Shown: positions 34,747-45,619, counted from the stretch's first letter. The stretch is 64,000 nt of DNA from Actinobacteria bacterium UBA4426 (GCA_002390705.1 DGQA01000031.1:10923-74922), one strand, 5' to 3'. Program-made: numbers and translations. Notes: a model not told the origin generated them from the sequence alone.

Positions 34747-36103
34747 GTTCCAAAAGAAACTTGTATGCTTCCCCCACTTCACGGCCGGGTCCGATTCCTA
34801 GGATTTCCATAATCTGGGCACCGTTGAGGTCAGGTCTGATCGAGTCGAGTTCTTCTTGTTCCTGTAGGTCAGCAATCCGTTGCTCTAAGCCGTCATAGGC
34901 TTTTTGTAACGCTTCAGCCCGGCGTTTATTGCGGGTAGTTGAGTCAGCTCGAGTCAATTTGTGGAGTCGACTCAGAAGTGGCCCGGCGTCACGCACGTAC
35001 CGGCGAACAGCTGAGTCACTCCATTCACCGGTGCCGTATCCATGAAAACGTAGATGTAATTCCACCAGTTGCGAGACCGCGTCAATTTGTTCGTTACTAA
35101 AGCGTAGTGCTTTCATTCGCTTCTTTGTCATGCGAGCGCCCACCGCCTCATGGTGGTGAAAAGAAACTCTGCCATCAGACTCGAATTTGCGGGTTTTAGG
35201 TTTTCCTATGTCGTGTAACAGCGCTGCCATCCGCAGGATTAAGTCACCTGGCAGTTGCGGTTCGTGTCCATTTTCCAAATCAATTGCCTGCTCCAGAACT
35301 TTGAGTGTGTGTTCATACACATCTTTGTGGTGGTGGTGTTCATCTTCTTCCAATTGTAAGAGTGGTAATTCCGGTAGTACGTATCCAGCCAACCCTGTTT
35401 CCACCATGACCGTTAAACCAACTCGGGGGTGATTAGACATGACGATCTTGATCAACTCTTCACGGATTCGCTCAGCCGAGACAATGTCAAGCCGTGATGC
35501 CATCTCGCGCATTGCATCAATTACGTCAGCCGCAATAGAAAACTGTAGTTGGGAGGCAAAACGTGCCGCCCGCAGCATTCGTAGGGGATCGTCTGAAAAT
35601 GACTGTATTGGTGTGAAAGGTGTTCGTAGGATCTTTTTTTCTAAATCTTTTAAACCTTCAAACAGATCCACAAACTCCAATGTGGGAAGTATTAATGCCA
35701 TTGCATTTACCGTGAAGTCACGGCGTCCAAGGTCAGCCGCTAATTCAGATCCAAACTCAACATCGGGCTTGCGGGAATCTGCATTGTAATTTTCACTGCG
35801 GTAGGTAGTGATCTCAATTTGGCGTTCATCCTTACTTGCACTAATTGTGCCAAATGCGATTCCGGTGTCCCACGATTTTTCAGCCCAACCATCCAACAGG
35901 CGTTGAATCTGGCTTGGTTCCGCGCTCGTGGTGAAGTCAAGATCGGCTAACGGGGAGGTTCGGCTTAAAAAAGCATCCCGAACCGGGCCGCCAACCAAGG
36001 CAAGTTCATGGCCAGCATTGTGGAAAAGGGTGCCCAATTCATAGAGCAGGCCCGCGACTGGGGCTAGGCTCTCGAGCGCTTGGCGTTGTAAGGAAGTGGA
36101 CAC
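34670..36103 (-). CDS. cca: CCA tRNA nucleotidyltransferase / poly(A) polymerase family protein with an HD domain
   Basis: Nucleotidyltransferase motif GGPVRDAFL...DLDFTT, then RRDFTVNAMA, and the HD domain LLHDIGKP. GTG start at 36103. Confidence 0.85.
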   Translation of the reverse strand: MSTSLQRQALESLAPVAGLLYELGTLFHNAGHELALVGGPVRDAFLSRTSPLADLDFTTSAEPSQIQRLLDGWAEKSWDTGIAFGTISASKDERQIEITTYRSENYNADSRKPDVEFGSELAADLGRRDFTVNAMALILPTLEFVDLFEGLKDLEKKILRTPFTPIQSFSDDPLRMLRAARFASQLQFSIAADVIDAMREMASRLDIVSAERIREELIKIVMSNHPRVGLTVMVETGLAGYVLPELPLLQLEEDEHHHHKDVYEHTLKVLEQAIDLENGHEPQLPGDLILRMAALLHDIGKPKTRKFESDGRVSFHHHEAVGARMTKKRMKALRFSNEQIDAVSQLVELHLRFHGYGTGEWSDSAVRRYVRDAGPLLSRLHKLTRADSTTRNKRRAEALQKAYDGLEQRIADLQEQEELDSIRPDLNGAQIMEILGIGPGREVGEAYKFLLELRLDQGPLAPQLAQERLLLWWSERG

Positions 36104-36144
36104 GGCAACTAAGGTTACCCACCCGGAGCGTTTATCCTCACTAC

Positions 36145-38319
36145 ATGGTGTTTTTGAGCGACCGAACCCGCTCTTGGCACAGGTCTGCGTTGGTTATCTC
36201 TTTTTTAGTGTCAACTTTTGGATTAATGGGCCTTGGGTTGTCTCCCGCAGCAGCTGACCCCACCGGGTCAGTACTCGCCGTTGTGGTCGATCGTATTACT
36301 CCCATTTCCCCGCAACCCGGTGACACATTACGAATCTCGGGAAAGTTGCTTAATTCTTCGGATTCGGTCTTGACCAAGATATCCGCCCGCTTAGGAATCT
36401 CAGCTAGTCCCATTGAGAAGCGGGCCCAGATCGCACAGCAATCAGAACTTGAGCTCAACCCGGAAGCCGAGCCGATTGACTACTTCTTGAACAAAACCAA
36501 AGTCCTCCTCAGTGATGCACTTCAGCCGGGTGATGGGGCAAACTTTGAGGTAAGCATCCCGGTCAACGACCTACCCCTTGGGCGAGACGGGGTGTACGCA
36601 CTAATGGTGGAAGTGCTCGGTGCTGATGGTTCGGGGAACGTGCGACGTCAGGGTGGTTTTCGCACCTTTATACCGTGGATGGGTCCGGACTCAAACCCCA
36701 TCGACTTAGTCTGGCTGTGGCCACTTATCGACTACCCAGCCCAGGAAGCCAACAAGGTTTTATTAAATGACGAGGTCCCTCGATCATTGGCTCCCGGTGG
36801 TCGATTGGATTCCCTGCTCACGGTCGGCGCCGATAATGTAGACAAGGTAAGTTGGGTCGCTGATCCGCAGCTGCTTCAAGTCTCCCAGGATATGGCTCGT
36901 GGTTATCAAGTCCGTAACGGTCAGTCACTTTCGGTTGGTGATCTTTCTACTCAATCGGGTCAGTGGATATCCCGGTTGACAGAGGCCCTCCTCGCTAGTC
37001 AAGATTTTGATTCTGTGAAATCGGGGAAGAATGATCGGTTACCACTGTGGGTGACCCCATACGCTGATATTGATGCTGGAGCAGTAACCGCAGCCGGAAT
37101 GGGAACCAATGTTGTCCGTTCCACCACCATGGCCACAGGCGTTGCATCTAATGTTTTGGGACAGGCCGTCAGCGGAACTTTGTATTGGGCACCAAGTGGG
37201 AGGCTGAATAAGGAAACTGGTGACCTACTTGCATCAAGTGGTGTTCGCACAGTAATCCTTCGCGCGAACGCACTGCCCCCATCACAACCAAATACGATTT
37301 CAACCGGTCTCGGAGTGCTGGGAACAACCTACAATGGCATGAACGCAGTATTGGTCGATCCAGGTTTGAGCGCAACACTGAGTCTTAATCAGTCTTCTCA
37401 ATCAAATGCGATTTTGATGCGTCAGCGATTTCTTGCCGAAACGGCATTAATGAGTCAACTTATTCGTGAAGATGCACCTTCACGAATTATCGTGGCCGGA
37501 CCACGGGACATTCGGTGGAATCCTTCACCCGAAGCCCTGAACGCCCTCCTGAGTGCAACGGGGTCTGTTCCTTGGCTGCAATCTGCATCTCTTTCAGACC
37601 TACTGATCGAAAACAGCACCGCAATTGCCCGCAAACGCGGTGGCTACGGCCCTAAAGCTCAAAAAGCCGAGTTACCGTCTGCCTATTTGAAAAGAGTCCA
37701 AAGGGCAAGTGATGAACTTGCCGCGTTAACGGCAGTACTTGATAACCCCCTTGGTATAACGCGCCCATATGCAGAAGCAATTTTACGAGCGCAATCAAGT
37801 GCTTGGCGGGTTGATCCTGCTACAGGTGAAGAATTAATTTCTAGTATTACCTCAAGTTTACAAGATCAAACTGACAAAGTTTATGCGCTTTCACAAGGAA
37901 CCATCACCCTCTCGGGTGAAAGTGGTCTCGTGCCCGTGACTATCGCAAATGATCTTGACCGTTCCGTCACCATAGGTGTGCAACTGCGTGGAGATCCCCG
38001 TGCTCGTTTAAAAAGTGAGCCACTCTACGAAATCACTATCGAACCGGGAAAAAAGGTCAGTGTTGAACTTGCAGCGACGATTGTTGGAGGTCGCGCTTTG
38101 AGTGCTGGTGTCCAATTACTCACGCCTGAAGGCCAAAAATTTGGGCGTGTGGCTCAGATCGATTTGGTGTCAACCGCGTATGCCCGTGCTGCAGGCTGGG
38201 TGATCGGCGCCGCTTTCGTTGCCATTGTGCTTTTCGTTGTCGTAGGGATTACCCGGCGAGTTCACAAGGTGGCTACCAATGCACGGTCGGATTCACAGAA
38301 GAATGACCCATATGTCTGA
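36145..38319 (+). CDS. Large conserved actinobacterial exported protein (Rv3909-like) upstream of murJ
   Basis: 724 aa with an N-terminal signal/TM and a C-terminal TM anchor (AAGWVIGAAFVAIVLFVVVGITRRV). It occupies the conserved position between cca and murJ. Confidence 0.55.
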   Translation: MVFLSDRTRSWHRSALVISFLVSTFGLMGLGLSPAAADPTGSVLAVVVDRITPISPQPGDTLRISGKLLNSSDSVLTKISARLGISASPIEKRAQIAQQSELELNPEAEPIDYFLNKTKVLLSDALQPGDGANFEVSIPVNDLPLGRDGVYALMVEVLGADGSGNVRRQGGFRTFIPWMGPDSNPIDLVWLWPLIDYPAQEANKVLLNDEVPRSLAPGGRLDSLLTVGADNVDKVSWVADPQLLQVSQDMARGYQVRNGQSLSVGDLSTQSGQWISRLTEALLASQDFDSVKSGKNDRLPLWVTPYADIDAGAVTAAGMGTNVVRSTTMATGVASNVLGQAVSGTLYWAPSGRLNKETGDLLASSGVRTVILRANALPPSQPNTISTGLGVLGTTYNGMNAVLVDPGLSATLSLNQSSQSNAILMRQRFLAETALMSQLIREDAPSRIIVAGPRDIRWNPSPEALNALLSATGSVPWLQSASLSDLLIENSTAIARKRGGYGPKAQKAELPSAYLKRVQRASDELAALTAVLDNPLGITRPYAEAILRAQSSAWRVDPATGEELISSITSSLQDQTDKVYALSQGTITLSGESGLVPVTIANDLDRSVTIGVQLRGDPRARLKSEPLYEITIEPGKKVSVELAATIVGGRALSAGVQLLTPEGQKFGRVAQIDLVSTAYARAAGWVIGAAFVAIVLFVVVGITRRVHKVATNARSDSQKNDPYV

Positions 38320-39979
38320 GCGAGCGTTACTCGGTCCCAGCACCGTTATGGCAGTGGGAACCGTTACCTCACGAGTCACCGGGGTGGCGCGCGACATCAC
38401 CATGACGGCCGCGTTGGGGTTCTTTCTGGTATCTGATGCATTTTCACTTGGTAACTCATTACCTAACATGATTTATATTCTGGTGATTGGTGGTGCGCTT
38501 AACGCGGTATTCATCCCACAACTTGTTCGTAAAATGAAAGATGACGCAGATGGCGGCCGCGCCTACGCAGATCGTTTGATCACCCTCACCGCAATTACTC
38601 TTTTTTTCCTGTCAGTCTTAGCAATTGTTATGGCCCCTCTTATTGTCGCGGTTTACACGCCAAGTGACTACCCGAAAAATGAATTTGATTTGGCCGTCGC
38701 GTTTACGCGTTTATGTTTACCGCAAATATTTTTCTATGGAATTTACACAATGTTCAGTCAAGTGTTGAACACCAGGGGAAAATTCGGTGCACCAATGTTC
38801 GCACCGATCGCCAACAATATTGTCGCGATTTCTACTTTCTTGTTATTCATCTATTTCGCTGGAACCGCTGCTGCCGCAGAAGGAAACCTGTCGTCGGGTC
38901 AGGTGTGGCTGTTGGGATTGGGAACAACCTTGGGTGTTGTTGCCCAAGCGCTAATTTTGATACCTGTTCTCATTCGAGCCGGTTACATGTGGCGGCCACG
39001 TTTTGATTTGCGTGGCCACGGTCTGGGTAAAGCTGGGAAACTTGCGGTGTGGACAATCGGGCTCGTACTGGTAAATCAATTGACATACATCGTGATCACC
39101 CGACTTGCTGCCCAGGCGAATGTCAACGCGGCCGCCCAAGAAGTTGTTGCTGCCGGGTTAACCACCTACCAAAAAGCACACTTAGTGTTCATGCTCCCAC
39201 ACAGTGTCATCACCGTTTCTATCGTTACGGCTCTGCTTCCCGCTTTGAGTCGAGTAGCACACGCGGGGAAACTTTCGCAGGTTGGTCGTGATATTTCCGG
39301 CGCTTTGCGACTCGTGTCATTTTTTATCATTCCCGTCACTGCCATCCTGTTCGTAGTTGGGATTTCGGTGGCGGTCCTACTCTTTGGCTTTGGTGCGGCA
39401 ACAACGCAGCAAGCTGAACTCATGGGTCAAGTAATTTCAATCTTCATGCTCGGCATGATTCCTTTTACACTTTTTTATGTGTTGTTGCGTGGTTACTACT
39501 CGCTAGAGGACACTAAAACTCCCTTCTTCATCACTGTGATTTTCTCCCTTGTTCTTTTGGTGTTGCTCGTCCCTTTCTTTAATAACTTCACTGGTGGAGG
39601 CACACAAATTTCCTTTATGGCGGCCTGTTACAGCGGGTCCTACTGGGTTGGATTGCTCATCGCTTGGATTGTGTTGGCCCGTAAACTTGGTGGATTGCAA
39701 TCTGGGACCACAATTGCGTCGATTACCCGAATGGGGGTTGCTGGTCTTTTTTCGGTATTCGCAATGCTCCTCGCCCAAACCCAAATCAATAATGCGATTT
39801 TTGGATCAAGTGAAAGTGTTGATCTGACTGACAAAATGAGTGTGCTGATTCGCTTAACTGTTGTTGTTTGTGTGGGGATAATTTCGTACCTTGTCACGGC
39901 TTGGATTTTTCGAGTACCGGAAATCACCCTTGCCTACCGTGTCATCCGTAAAAAACTAGGCTCTAAAGTAAAGTCGTGA
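38312..39979 (+). CDS. murJ: Lipid II flippase MurJ (MviN)
   Basis: The start MSERALLGPSTVMAVGTVTSRVTGVARD...LGNSLPNMIYILVIGGALNAVFIPQLV is the MurJ N-terminal signature. About 14 TM segments. 8-nt overlap with the upstream gene. Confidence 0.9.
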   Translation: MSERALLGPSTVMAVGTVTSRVTGVARDITMTAALGFFLVSDAFSLGNSLPNMIYILVIGGALNAVFIPQLVRKMKDDADGGRAYADRLITLTAITLFFLSVLAIVMAPLIVAVYTPSDYPKNEFDLAVAFTRLCLPQIFFYGIYTMFSQVLNTRGKFGAPMFAPIANNIVAISTFLLFIYFAGTAAAAEGNLSSGQVWLLGLGTTLGVVAQALILIPVLIRAGYMWRPRFDLRGHGLGKAGKLAVWTIGLVLVNQLTYIVITRLAAQANVNAAAQEVVAAGLTTYQKAHLVFMLPHSVITVSIVTALLPALSRVAHAGKLSQVGRDISGALRLVSFFIIPVTAILFVVGISVAVLLFGFGAATTQQAELMGQVISIFMLGMIPFTLFYVLLRGYYSLEDTKTPFFITVIFSLVLLVLLVPFFNNFTGGGTQISFMAACYSGSYWVGLLIAWIVLARKLGGLQSGTTIASITRMGVAGLFSVFAMLLAQTQINNAIFGSSESVDLTDKMSVLIRLTVVVCVGIISYLVTAWIFRVPEITLAYRVIRKKLGSKVKS

Positions 39980-41565
39980 TCAGATCAGGAACCAAGTTCG
40001 ATCGCTACACACTTTTAGAAGTGGTCAGCGAACACGAACCTAGGGTTAAAGGTGAATTCGAAGTCCAATTGTGGCTCGGCCAAGACGAGATTTTGGATCG
40101 TAATGTCGCGGTTCGTTTGGTGAGGACCGAAGACCGGCGTGTGCCTAAGGTGCTGGGAGCAGCCCAAGCAGCAGCAATGGTTGACGACCGTCGCCTGCTA
40201 CGAGTCCTAGATATTCTTGATATTAGAAATACGTTGGAACATCCCGCTTACACGGCAATTATTAGTGAGTGGTGCACGGGAACGCCACTTCACGAAGCGC
40301 TTATGGACGCGGGCACGTCCGCTTTTGATGCTGAGTTCTCACTGGATTCTGTTTCCAATCTTGCCTGGGCGTTAAATGCTTGCCTCACATTTAATCTCGA
40401 GCATGGACGGTTACGGCCCAGTTGTGTGTTCTTGACTGAAAGCTCGGAAGTATTGGTCAGTGGTCTGGCCGTGGACCACGCACTTTTTGGCCCATTATTT
40501 GGGAATGAGAGCACCTATGATGCAACCGAAAATAAAGATGTAAACGGCTTGGGTTCGTTGCTTTACTGCTTCACAACCGGTCTTTGGCCCTATCCTTGGT
40601 CCACGAGTGAAAATGATTCCGGCCCTTTTTTGAGTGTTCATGTGCCCTTCTCACCCAAAGTGGGTAGAGATATCCCGCTGCCATCAAGCGTGCGGGCCAG
40701 TATCCCGCGTGTGGTAGATGATCTCGTGAGTAGAAGTGTGATCGGGGCGAGCAAATCGCGTGGTGTTACCCGAATCCAAGATTCACTCGGTTTTGCCAAT
40801 GCAATTGCGTCCGCGAAGGACTACTTCACACCGATGAGTACCACCACTGTCCGAGCACCGGCTGGAGTTTCCCAAAGCGCCTCACCCGCAAGTGTCGCTC
40901 AACGCATGATCGCAGTCGCAGTGGCTGCGGCTCTTGTACTCGCTACCGCTGTTGTTGGGTTCCAACTTCTCAACAGATCCGCCACATCCAGTTCACAACT
41001 GGATTCGAATGACAACGTTGTAGACCCTTTGGAAATCTTAACCAGCCCGGCCACCCCTTTTATTGAAGTTGATGTGGGCAACATTGCCGAGGTGGTCCCA
41101 ATTGCGTCGGCGCGTTCATTTGACCCTCGTGGTGGTGCCCCGAACGGGGTGTTGGGGAAAGAAAGGGAAAAGGGCGCACCGTTAGCAATCGATGGGGACG
41201 CGGTCACTGCCTGGACCACTAAGGCGTATAAATCCTCTACTTTAGGTAAAAAAGGTGGGGTTGGGCTCATCTTGGATCTCGGCCAAGAAGTAGATGTGAC
41301 CGGTGTCTCGCTTGGTCTGGTGGGCTATGGGACCGACCTGCAGATCCGGGTTGCCAACGAAATCCTCCCTGACCCGGATTTGTGGACCAGGCTGGTCAGT
41401 ATTGAAGATGCTGGCCCGCAAATCGATTTACGCGCCCCTCGAGCGGTAACGGGGCGTTATGTCTTGATTTGGCTCACGGGTATCCCACCAAAAGAAACTG
41501 GTGATCGCTTCCAAGCTGGGATCGCGAGTGCTTCGGTTTTTGGTGCCACCGTGTCCGAATCCTGA
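39976..41565 (+). CDS. Membrane-anchored pseudokinase with a C-terminal discoidin/F5-8-type-C-like domain
   Basis: Kinase-like fold with degenerate catalytic motifs. There is no GxGxxG loop; VAVR replaces VAIK; HGRLRP replaces HRDLKP; SGLAV replaces DFG. It has a central TM segment and a C-terminal AIDGDAVTAWTTKAY region. GTGA overlap with murJ. Confidence 0.7.
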   Translation: MIRSGTKFDRYTLLEVVSEHEPRVKGEFEVQLWLGQDEILDRNVAVRLVRTEDRRVPKVLGAAQAAAMVDDRRLLRVLDILDIRNTLEHPAYTAIISEWCTGTPLHEALMDAGTSAFDAEFSLDSVSNLAWALNACLTFNLEHGRLRPSCVFLTESSEVLVSGLAVDHALFGPLFGNESTYDATENKDVNGLGSLLYCFTTGLWPYPWSTSENDSGPFLSVHVPFSPKVGRDIPLPSSVRASIPRVVDDLVSRSVIGASKSRGVTRIQDSLGFANAIASAKDYFTPMSTTTVRAPAGVSQSASPASVAQRMIAVAVAAALVLATAVVGFQLLNRSATSSSQLDSNDNVVDPLEILTSPATPFIEVDVGNIAEVVPIASARSFDPRGGAPNGVLGKEREKGAPLAIDGDAVTAWTTKAYKSSTLGKKGGVGLILDLGQEVDVTGVSLGLVGYGTDLQIRVANEILPDPDLWTRLVSIEDAGPQIDLRAPRAVTGRYVLIWLTGIPPKETGDRFQAGIASASVFGATVSES

Positions 41566-41632
41566 AACTAGCTCACGAAACTCACGACCGGGCACAGCCA
41601 CGCCGCATCTTTATGCTCATTAGGCTTGATGC

Positions 41633-42274
41633 GTGCCAGCGACGGACTTACGTGAATTTAGTGATCGCGAGTTGATCGCTGCGCACATAGCCGGTGATTC
41701 ACATTCGTTCGGCGAATTGGTCTCCCGTCACCGGGATCGCCTTTGGGCAGTTGCGCTTCGCACTACCCGTGACCCGGAGGAGGCATCTGATGCACTCCAA
41801 GATGCCCTTATCTCGGCGTATCGGCGAGCCGATCAGTATCGCGGGGAAGCCGCTGTAACCACCTGGCTACACCGGATTGTCGTGAATGCTTGTCTGGATA
41901 GATTGCGGCGTAAGGCAGTGCGCCCCACCACGACCTTGCCCGACCACAACGAGAACAACAGCCGCGAAATGATAGAACCGCGAGATGCCATTGCCGAACG
42001 TGAAAACTGGATTGAAATCTCGGCCGCGCTGGCTGAGTTGCCGCAGGACCAAAGAGAGGCCATTATTCTGGTAGATGTCCAGGGATATTCCGTCGACGCG
42101 GCCGCGAAAGAACTTGATTGCCCCACCGGGACCATTAAGAGTCGGTGTAGTCGCGGCCGGAGCAAACTGGCCGAGTCTTTGGGACACTTGCGGAACCAAG
42201 ACAAGGGTGAGATCGTCACATCAATAGAACCAGATCGAACCTCACACCCCACAGACGCTCGGAAGGAGGAGTAA
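41633..42274 (+). CDS. sigM: ECF sigma factor (SigM-like)
   Basis: Region 2 is FGELVSRHRDRLWAVALRTTRDPEEASDALQDALISAYR...WLHRIVVNACLD. Region 4 is REAIILVDVQGYSVDAAAKELDCPTGTIKSRCSRGR. It lies in the conserved position upstream of trxB. Confidence 0.85.
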   Translation: MPATDLREFSDRELIAAHIAGDSHSFGELVSRHRDRLWAVALRTTRDPEEASDALQDALISAYRRADQYRGEAAVTTWLHRIVVNACLDRLRRKAVRPTTTLPDHNENNSREMIEPRDAIAERENWIEISAALAELPQDQREAIILVDVQGYSVDAAAKELDCPTGTIKSRCSRGRSKLAESLGHLRNQDKGEIVTSIEPDRTSHPTDARKEE

Positions 42275-42275
42275 C

Positions 42276-43184
42276 GTGAAAAGCACAGACGGAGACTCCG
42301 AATTACCTGAGCTTGAATACCCGGAACTTACGGGTGAGCTGAGGGCATTTGGGGAATATTTGGACGCCCAACCGGTTGAGGCAATGCCCTCACATGTTTG
42401 GGAGCAGATTGCAACCACCCTTTCACTTGAATCTGCTGACCGAGTAGTCCCTGATTCACCTGCGGCCCTTGGCTCAGATCCTGCGGTCTTAGAACTCGAT
42501 AGCTACCGCAAGCGCCGGATTGGTGGCAAGTGGGCCGGTGGTCTGGTTGCGGCCAGCGTCACCCTCTTCGCAGTCGGGATTGGGGTCAATGTCGTAAATT
42601 CAGACTCCAGCGACCAGAACTCAGTTGTGGCTGACGCCCCTATTCCCGAAGATCAAGTTGCCAATTCAGGTTCACTCAGTGCTGCCTCACCCCAAATCAT
42701 TCAGGCTGGTTTTGTGCCTCCCGCGATTGAAATCATGGAGAGCGGTAACGATTACGACTCTGTAAATCTGAGGGACATCATCGACCGGATACTGCGTAAA
42801 ATTGGGGTTGAGAAGCCCATGGACATGTTTATGGCCCCGGTTCAGAACATGGAAGCCAAGAAAATGTCAATCGGGACTGGGATGACTGGGAGTGTGGATT
42901 CCTTGCGTAAATGCGTCACCGCGATCACTAATTCCGAATCTTCCCAGGCCTTATTTGTAGATCGTGCTACTTACCAAGGTATGGACGCCGGGGTGATTGT
43001 GATCCCCATGACCATGTTCACGGGAATGGATGCGGCGACAACGAGTGATGAGCGCGCGCAGCTAGGTCTCGCCCTTGAGTCATTGGGGACGGACATGAGC
43101 GCACTCGACGTGTGGGTTGTCGGTCCCGACTGTGGAAATCTCGCACTCGATGTGTACTCCCACATAAGCCATTCACTCAACTAG
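42276..43184 (+). CDS. Putative anti-sigma factor (single-pass membrane protein)
   Basis: It starts 1 nt after the sigM stop. It has a single TM segment (WAGGLVAASVTLFAVGIGV) about 90 aa from the N-terminus and occupies the position of anti-SigM in other actinobacteria. Confidence 0.6.
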   Translation: MKSTDGDSELPELEYPELTGELRAFGEYLDAQPVEAMPSHVWEQIATTLSLESADRVVPDSPAALGSDPAVLELDSYRKRRIGGKWAGGLVAASVTLFAVGIGVNVVNSDSSDQNSVVADAPIPEDQVANSGSLSAASPQIIQAGFVPPAIEIMESGNDYDSVNLRDIIDRILRKIGVEKPMDMFMAPVQNMEAKKMSIGTGMTGSVDSLRKCVTAITNSESSQALFVDRATYQGMDAGVIVIPMTMFTGMDAATTSDERAQLGLALESLGTDMSALDVWVVGPDCGNLALDVYSHISHSLN

Positions 43185-43263
43185 AATCGATTAAGTCCCC
43201 CAAGCGTATACTCCTATCTTACATCCGTTCCTTGGCACCACCAAATGAAAGTAGTGATTTTTC

Positions 43264-44193
43264 GTGAGTGAAGTTCGTAATGTAATCATCATCGGATCTG
43301 GCCCAGCCGGCTACACAGCAGCGATTTATGCGGCGCGAGCCCAAATCAATCCCTTACTTTTTGAGGGTTCGGTTACCGCTGGTGGTGCACTCATGAACAC
43401 TACCGACGTTGAGAATTTCCCTGGGTTTGAAAACGGAATCATGGGTCCCCAACTCATGGAAGATATGCGAGCGCAAGCGGTGAGGTTTGGCACTGAAATA
43501 ATTACAGACGACGTAACTCAGATTAACGTTGATGGCGACATTAAATCTGTCACGGACGGCGCCGGTAACGTGTATCAAGCCCACACTTTAATCCTGTCCA
43601 TGGGTTCGGGTTACCGCGAACTTGGCTTACCGAATGAAAAACGCCTGAGTGGTCATGGAGTTTCTTGGTGCGCAACTTGTGATGGCTTCTTCTTCCGTGA
43701 ACAAGATATTGCTGTCGTTGGTGGTGGTGACTCGGCACTGGAAGAAGCGATCTTCCTAACCCGATTTGCTAAGTCTGTAACACTGGTTCACCGTCGTGGA
43801 GAATTACGTGGTAGTAAAATCATGCAGGAGCGGGCTCTCGCCAACGAGAAAATTCACGTTGCTTGGAACAGTGAAGTAGCAGCCATTCACGGTGAGGCAA
43901 AACTTTCCGGGGTCACACTTCGCGACACTGAAAATGGTACCGAGCGTGAAATTGCCATCACTGGCTTGTTTATTGCAATTGGTCACGACCCACGCTCAGA
44001 ACTGCTATCAGGGAAGGTTGATCTTGACCCTGAGGGCTATGTACTCGTTGAGTCCGGATCCACCCGCACCTCTGCCCCAGGCGTGTTCGCTTGTGGCGAC
44101 CTGGTCGACCACACGTACCGACAGGCGATCACGGCGGCTGGGACCGGTTGTGCCTCCGCGCTCGACGCTGAGCGTTATCTCGCCCACCAGTAG
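43264..44193 (+). CDS. trxB: Thioredoxin reductase
   Basis: FAD motif [19 protein letters not shown], redox-active CATCDG, and NADPH motif [12 protein letters not shown]. Confidence 0.95.
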   Translation: MSEVRNVIIIGSGPAGYTAAIYAARAQINPLLFEGSVTAGGALMNTTDVENFPGFENGIMGPQLMEDMRAQAVRFGTEIITDDVTQINVDGDIKSVTDGAGNVYQAHTLILSMGSGYRELGLPNEKRLSGHGVSWCATCDGFFFREQDIAVVGGGDSALEEAIFLTRFAKSVTLVHRRGELRGSKIMQERALANEKIHVAWNSEVAAIHGEAKLSGVTLRDTENGTEREIAITGLFIAIGHDPRSELLSGKVDLDPEGYVLVESGSTRTSAPGVFACGDLVDHTYRQAITAAGTGCASALDAERYLAHQ

Positions 44194-44245
44194 TAATCAC
44201 CGTAAGCCTTTTCGCTAAGTTAGACCCCAATCAAAGGAGAATGGC

Positions 44246-44566
44246 ATGGGAGCAACCAAGATCGTCACCGACGCAAACTTCGCAGACGAAGTACTCGTGA
44301 GTGAAAAGCCGGTACTTGTTGATTTCTGGGCTGAGTGGTGTGGGCCATGTAAAATGGTGGCCCCGATCCTGGAGGAAATCGCGGCAAATAACGACGGGCT
44401 CGTAATCGCCAAAATGAATGTTGATGAAAACCCGTCAACCCCAGCCTCCTATGGCATCACTTCGATTCCCACCATGAACGTGTACCAGGGCGGGGAAATT
44501 GTGAAGACGATCATTGGCGCTAAGCCAAAGGCTGCTTTACTCGCTGACCTCGCCCCGTACTTGTAG
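44246..44566 (+). CDS. trxA: Thioredoxin
   Basis: The WCGPC active site (FWAEWCGPCKMVAP). 106 aa. Confidence 0.95.
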   Translation: MGATKIVTDANFADEVLVSEKPVLVDFWAEWCGPCKMVAPILEEIAANNDGLVIAKMNVDENPSTPASYGITSIPTMNVYQGGEIVKTIIGAKPKAALLADLAPYL

Positions 44567-44569
44567 GAA

Positions 44570-45619
44570 ATGCTCCGCCTTGGGTCAACCGGGGCGGCCG
44601 TAGCGGAGGTCTGCGCACGGCTCGCGCACCTGGGTCTACTTGCCGACAACAGTGGCACTGCTGTTGCAACGAATATTTACGATGAACATGTTGTTGATGC
44701 TGTGCGCACATTTCAGCAAGAGCGTGGCATTACTGTTGACGGTCTTGTTGGACCAGAGACTTTTCGCAGGCTTGATGAAGCTCGCTGGCAACTAGGTGAC
44801 CGTGTCCTTTCATTTACTGCGGGCCACTTAATGGTGGGTGATGACGTCACCGAGCTACAACGACGGCTCAACCAACTTGGTTTTGATGCAGGAAGACCCG
44901 ACGGAATTTTTGGTCCCGCAGCGGACCTTGCCGTACGTGAATTTCAACGTGGAGTGGGGGTGAGTGCCGACGGTACTTGCGCCCTTGACACCCTGCGCGC
45001 ATTTGAGCGTCTATCGCGATCAATTGTCGGTGGTGACTCGGGCGCATTACGAGAGCATGCATCACTTGCTTCATTGAGAACTGGGATCGCTGACAAGGTT
45101 ATTGTGATTGATCCGGGTGAAAGTGTGCACCCTGAATTGACCTACGCGATTTGCGTGCGCATTGAAGGTCGGCTCGCAGCCCTTGGTACACAGGTACTTC
45201 TTACCCGACCTGAGGCACCTCTGGAACGAAAAACCCAGTCAATGCATGCCAAGTTTGCTAACGATATGGACGCCGACATTGTGATCTCGCTACACCTAGA
45301 TCACGTCGAGAGCGCAAAACCTAATGGAATTTCGGTCTACTACTTTGGTTCACCTAGCGGTGGGAACCAATCAACGGGTGGGCGAATCCTCGCGGAGTTG
45401 ATCAACGAGGAACTCACCAGCAGAACAGACCGGAAAGACTGCCTAATTCACCCTAGGACTTGGGATCTTCTCCGTTTTACTCAGATGCCCACGGTTCGCA
45501 TTGAGCTTGGTTACATGTCTAATGTTGGAGACGCCAAGCGCCTCACCTCAGAAGCGTTCCACGACGCCGTGGCTGAGGGTGTAGTCGCAGCACTTACTAA
45601 ATTTTGCTCTCCCCGGTAG
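44570..45619 (+). CDS. cwlM: CwlM-type N-acetylmuramoyl-L-alanine amidase homologue with two peptidoglycan-binding domains
   Basis: Two PG_binding_1 repeats (VRTFQQERGITVDGLVGPETFRRL and VREFQRGVGVSADGTCALDTLRAF) followed by an Amidase_3 domain (VIVIDPGE...ISLHLD...). It occupies the conserved position after trxA. Confidence 0.85.
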   Translation: MLRLGSTGAAVAEVCARLAHLGLLADNSGTAVATNIYDEHVVDAVRTFQQERGITVDGLVGPETFRRLDEARWQLGDRVLSFTAGHLMVGDDVTELQRRLNQLGFDAGRPDGIFGPAADLAVREFQRGVGVSADGTCALDTLRAFERLSRSIVGGDSGALREHASLASLRTGIADKVIVIDPGESVHPELTYAICVRIEGRLAALGTQVLLTRPEAPLERKTQSMHAKFANDMDADIVISLHLDHVESAKPNGISVYYFGSPSGGNQSTGGRILAELINEELTSRTDRKDCLIHPRTWDLLRFTQMPTVRIELGYMSNVGDAKRLTSEAFHDAVAEGVVAALTKFCSPR

